NCBI RefSeq assembly: GCF_001194135.2
Contig: NC_068997.1
Span: forward strand, 31,639,691-31,700,435
Length of the DNA stretch: 60,745 nucleotides
Reading direction: 5' to 3'
Origin: Octopus bimaculoides
Taxonomy: Eukaryota
Under the pieces are notes generated by a model. The model saw only the letters and a list, made by a program, of their open reading frames with translations. It made no database searches and was not told where the DNA came from. Of this stretch, positions 56,313 through 60,745 are shown one piece after another (within the stretch, counting starts at the first letter, position 1; every line of letters begins with the position of its first letter). A program made the translations under genes and the position numbers.

Positions 56313-56400
56313 GCTTAAATAATTATTTACATAACAAATCAATTTATCATTTAAAATTGAACTTGATAAATTGATTTGTTATATAAGTAATTATTTAAGC
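56313..56400. repeat. Near-perfect inverted repeat: 37-bp arms, 14-nt loop
   Basis: gcttaaataattatttacataacaaatcaatttatca / tgataaattgatttgttatataagtaattatttaagc, 35/37 complementary. Confidence 0.9.
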
Positions 56401-56851
56401 AAGCCATTTGGAGATATATAGTAAGCTATATAGATCCACGAGTGATGAAGCTAAAGTTGGTGTAATGTTATCCTTAACATTATTCAATTCAATTAAGATA
56501 GTTAACCAAATTTTTATTAATGCTTTGTTGAATTGATGGAAGCACTGTATCAATAATTTGTTACATTTATTAATTAGATTAGATTTACTTTTAAGAATCT
56601 CTAGCACTCCCATGGAACACAGCTTATAGCTACTCTTCTCCCTCTGTATGGAAGTGCAATAAATATTGACCATGATCTTGATTAAGTAATATTCCATGTT
56701 TTGAGGTCCAAATAAATGCAGCTATGAGGTGCTATGTTGTTATTTTTAATCTTAAAAGAACATAAACGATAATGTATCCTAAATTTAAATTTAGATACAA
56801 TTTCACCTATACAGCAATGCACTTTCTCTTGTGTAATAAATGATATGCTAC

Positions 56852-57066
56852 GGGGCAGCAAGCTGGCAGAAACATTAGCATGCCAGGTGAAATGCTTAGC
56901 GGTATTTCATCTGTCTTAACATTCTGAGTTCAAATTCCACCGAGATCGACTTTGCTTTCATCCTTTCGGGGTCAATAAATTAAGTACTAGTTGCATACTG
57001 AGGCTGATCTATTTGACTGGCCCCTGCTCCCCAAAAATGTCAGGCCTTGTGCCTAAAGTAGAAAAG
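56852..57066 (+). mobile_element. SINE family B copy with 17-bp TSD
   Basis: TSD aataaatgatatgctac (56835-56851) / aataaatgatatgttac (57067-57083). Confidence 0.9.
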
Positions 57067-57782
57067 AATAAATGATATGTTACATATGATACTTAGTTCT
57101 AACACATCAATTATTTAAAGGTCACTTTCTAGGATCCCTACAGTTACATATACTATTAGGGATATTATCTGAGGAGTTATCATTTACTACATCAGTATTA
57201 TTACTACAATTAGGAGACACATATGTCATAGTAGTATGATACTAGACTGAGCTATAATCTAGTACATAAAGTTATAGTTGTTATCTGAATAATTGAAGGC
57301 CTGATCCCATGATAATTAAATCTTTTTATAGTTAATTGCTGTTATGTTATTGACTAGACTTGGTAAGGTGGAATATGCAAGTTTCACTCTATGTCTATTA
57401 ATGATTTTGCTGTATTTATTAGAGGATGGAAGTGCTTCTCCAATACCCTCAAAAGAAAATTCCAGAGATACCCAAAGCTACATAAATTCCAAAGGGGTGG
57501 TTGAACAACATATTTCCCTTACATAACATTTTTCTACTTGTTTTATTATTATTACTGTTCTGTGGTTAATTTTAAATTAACTTGTTTTCCTGCAGTATTA
57601 AGAAGAGTGAGAATTATCATGTGTAGATGTACAACTACTACTGTGGCAGCTAGAACTCTACATTGGTTATAATTATCAAGTCAGCTTCCAAGATAGCAGC
57701 TAGTTGACCACAGTACATAGTGGTGTTACTAGTTACGATATCCAGAGCATATGTAGTAGAAAATTAAGACAACAGTATAAAT

Positions 57783-57944
57783 ATTTAGTTCCTACATACA
57801 TTGCTGTTATTCTGTAACAGAATGCAATTAAGTATTCCCCTAATACTTAGATCCACTGAAACTAGGCATCCAAATGCACTTGGAACATCCAGCGCTGAGT
57901 TCTAAACAACAGCTGCTATGGTGAAATGTTTGTAGGAACTAAAT
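57783..57944. repeat. 162-bp element with 19-20-bp terminal inverted repeats (MITE-like)
   Basis: atttagttcctacatacat / atgtttgtaggaactaaat, 18/19; no clear TSD. Confidence 0.65.
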
Positions 57945-58230
57945 GTTTCTGCTGGTATTTATCTTAATTTTCCACTGTGTGTGTGCATGCGCACATGCAT
58001 GCGTGTGCTTTTCACCAGGCACAAAGCTATGCTTTTGGAAGCCACACAAGGATTTGAGCACTTTCTGCAAAATCTTGTACAAGCAGAAAGCTTGTAACTA
58101 ATTTCTTGATAATTATGATTGCACTACTCTTCACAGAGCAATTTCTACATCTAACGGACAGAAAGCCAGCTGGCCAACCAACCTACCAATCATACATATG
58201 TATGCACATACATACATACATACATGCATA

Positions 58231-58470
58231 GTGGAGGCACGTGGGTTAGTGGTTAAGGTAGTGGACTCATGATTGTAAGCTTGTGGTTTCGATTCCTGGA
58301 CTGGGTGGCACATTTTTTCTGAAGCAAAACATTTCATTTCCCTTTGCTCCAGTGTACTCAACTGGCAAAAATGAGTAATCCTGTGATGGACTGGTGTCCC
58401 ATCCATGTGGGGGAACATATATGTCATGAAACCAGGAAACTGGCTCCTATGACTTGGTAGGACTCCAGAA
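58231..58470 (+). mobile_element. SINE family C copy
   Basis: gtggaggcacgtgggttagtggttaagg...ggtttcgattcctgg...ctccagtgtactcaactggc. Confidence 0.8.
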
Positions 58471-59464
58471 GGTAACTTTACTGTTTACACACAAACATAT
58501 ATATTTGAATAAAAACCATATGCACAATATTCTAAGTACTTATTATATAATCAAACTTACACGAAAAATAACACTAGACGAACATACTGGCTTTACAGCA
58601 AACTAACACCCCTTTAAGGAACATTTGACAGAGCATCTGGGGACTATGTAAAATACTTCATGATTCTCTGCTTTGACTGATGGCAGAGCAGAAATCTTGA
58701 ACTGATAACATCTAAACAAAAATTTGCACCCTCTCCTTAGAGCCTGTAAAATCATTATTGTAGCAACCTACCAAGGTAGAGGTTAAATCAAACACTCAAC
58801 ACTCACAGAGCATATACAATGAAATCAAACAAAGAAAATCATTACTATCTTCTTTTCTTTCTTCTCTTATATTATTTATTCCTTTCTCTCTTTTCTTCTT
58901 ATCCACACATGTCTACTTGCACAAATCTAGATATTAAGTAAAACGCTACCTATATCTTCCCTTCTGTATTGTTTCTATGTATTTATTTGTATGACAAATC
59001 AAAATATTCACAGGAACTACCTATAAACCTCACAGAACCTTCTGATTGATGTAAATTGGTAAATATCCCTTAGTTAAAGATTCAATACAACCAGAACACT
59101 AATGCAATTTTTGTCTGAAGAAACAAACACGTGTAATAATGGCTTCCATTAAAATCCATGGTTATTGCAAATCATATTTGTTATGTCCTATGAATGGAGA
59201 ATGCTGCCACAAAAAACATGTGCTTTGTGGAATCGGACGTAGCAATGCATTAAAGGATTTATGAACTTCAATCCAAAAGTTCTTGTTATTACTATATTCA
59301 TCTGACACTGTAGTGGCACCAGACTAATAACCATCCCATAAAATTACTCTGGAAGAAGGAATGATAAGTGGTAACATAGGAGAATAAATAGCATAGGAGC
59401 TTTTTATGAGTGCATTCAAAAGTGTTTCACATAAATGAACTTAAATATATATATATATATATAT

Positions 59465-59502
<38 letters not shown>

Positions 59503-59512
<10 letters not shown>

Positions 59513-60745
59513 AGTAATATTTGAGAAAAAAACAATTTATTCCAACCTTACAGGCAAAAATTGGTATAATATTATACCGGGTTTCCTAATATATAATATA
59601 TATGTATATAANNNNNNNNNNNNNNNNNNNNNNNNNNNNNNNNNNNNNNNNNNNNNNNNNNNNNNNNNNNNNNNNNNNNNNNNNNNNNNNNNNNNNNNNN
59701 NNNNNNNNNNNNNNNNNNNNNNNNNNNNNNNNNNNNNNNNNNNNNNNNNNNNNNNNNNNNNNNNNNNNNNNNNNNNNNNNNNNNNNNNNNNNNNNNNNNN
59801 NNNNNNNNNNNNNNNNNNNNNNNNNNNNNNNNNNNNNNNNNNNNNNNNNNNNNNNNNNNNNNNNNNNNNNNNNNNNNNNNNNNNNNNNNNNNNNNNNNNN
59901 NNNNNNNAAATTCTATCCGAGTTCATTAGAACGGGGAAATGATTTTATTCCCAAAATCAGTCACTCTTCAGGTTAAATCTTAAGAAAATACCTAAAATCA
60001 TTCAAGGAATAAACATAAACATGAGAAATAAAAATATATATAAAGAGACAAAATCTGTAAACTAAGCCCTACATTAACGGTATTAATATAATTATTAAGA
60101 GTTACAATCTAAAAATATTGAAAAAAGAGTATTATAGTAAACAAGGTTAAAACATTATGGAATAAGTAGATAATAGTAAAACAATGTGTTAGTGTATATA
60201 GTTACTAAAAGACGAATGTTATTAAAATTAAAATAAGAACACATGACTTATCTGCCTGTGGGTAACTATAGACTAAATCAAAATGGCTGTGTTATAGAAT
60301 TTATACTAAAAGGTCACGTGATAAATATGGCATCTATTATCCAGAAGTACCTGCGTATTATTATTTCTAAAATAATAACGAAAATATCGAAAAAGAAAAT
60401 CTACCTAAAATAAAAAGATTCTTGAGGATTAAAAATACTAAAATACTTAAACTTGCAAATTAACGCAGAGTAATAACTATACACATACGAAAATTCTATA
60501 TTACGTAAACAATGCTATGAAAATTAATACTGAAAAGTCACGTGATAAGCATGGCGTCCATTACCAGAGGTAAATACGTGTTATAATTACTAAAATAATA
60601 ACAAAAATATCGAAAAAGAAAAACCTACCTAAAATAAAAAGTTTATTGAAGATTAATAATACTAAAATACTTAAAACTCCCAGATTTACGCAGAATAATA
60701 ACTATACCAAATACGAAAGTTATATATTACTTAAATAATGTTATG
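59503..60745 (-). mobile_element. Second copy of the Penelope-like element (3' non-coding region/pseudo-LTR), continues beyond the window
   Basis: 59908-60745 aligns with 7339-8200; 59503-59611 aligns with 10720-10826; separated by a 296-N gap; abuts (TA)n at 59445-59505. Confidence 0.92.

Noticed and set aside
56395-56697. 100-aa minus ORF considered as the exon upstream of E1
   Set aside because: Lacks the expected AAA3 Walker B (hhhhDD..P) and has no usable donor; overlaps AT-rich hairpin sequence.
58557-58746. Minus-strand segment with ttttacag acceptor and gtaagt donor, containing SKERVQIFV
   Set aside because: Stop codons in all three frames between the sites.

Overview
AT-rich, microsatellite- and SINE-dense animal genomic DNA with 5 N-gaps. 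The repeat content resembles an octopod cephalopod, but that assignment is inference. The main feature is a minus-strand, intron-rich dynein heavy chain-like gene. I reconstructed 16 GT-AG exons by hand (55652 down to 11597; 2490 nt = 830 codons; phases compatible at every junction; no stops). They cover the end of AAA3, AAA4, stalk CC1, the microtubule-binding domain (MTBD) and CC2. The protein is very divergent and the AAA4 P-loop is degenerate. The gene extends beyond what can be traced here. The introns contain: a nearly complete Penelope-like element (RT + C-terminal GIY-YIG) with a second, circularly permuted copy; a hammerhead-ribozyme-like core split by a long stem-II insert in that element; a decayed near-full-length RTE LINE; R4/Dong-type RLE LINE fragments; Mariner and hAT MITE-like derivatives; and dozens of copies of three tRNA-derived SINE families. 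No prokaryotic features, CRISPR arrays, rRNA or genuine tRNA genes were seen. I did not find a clearly new biological system. The best leads are the split hammerhead-like motif and the catalytically degenerate dynein paralog. Repeat boundaries are approximate unless a target-site duplication (TSD) or terminal inverted repeat (TIR) is quoted.
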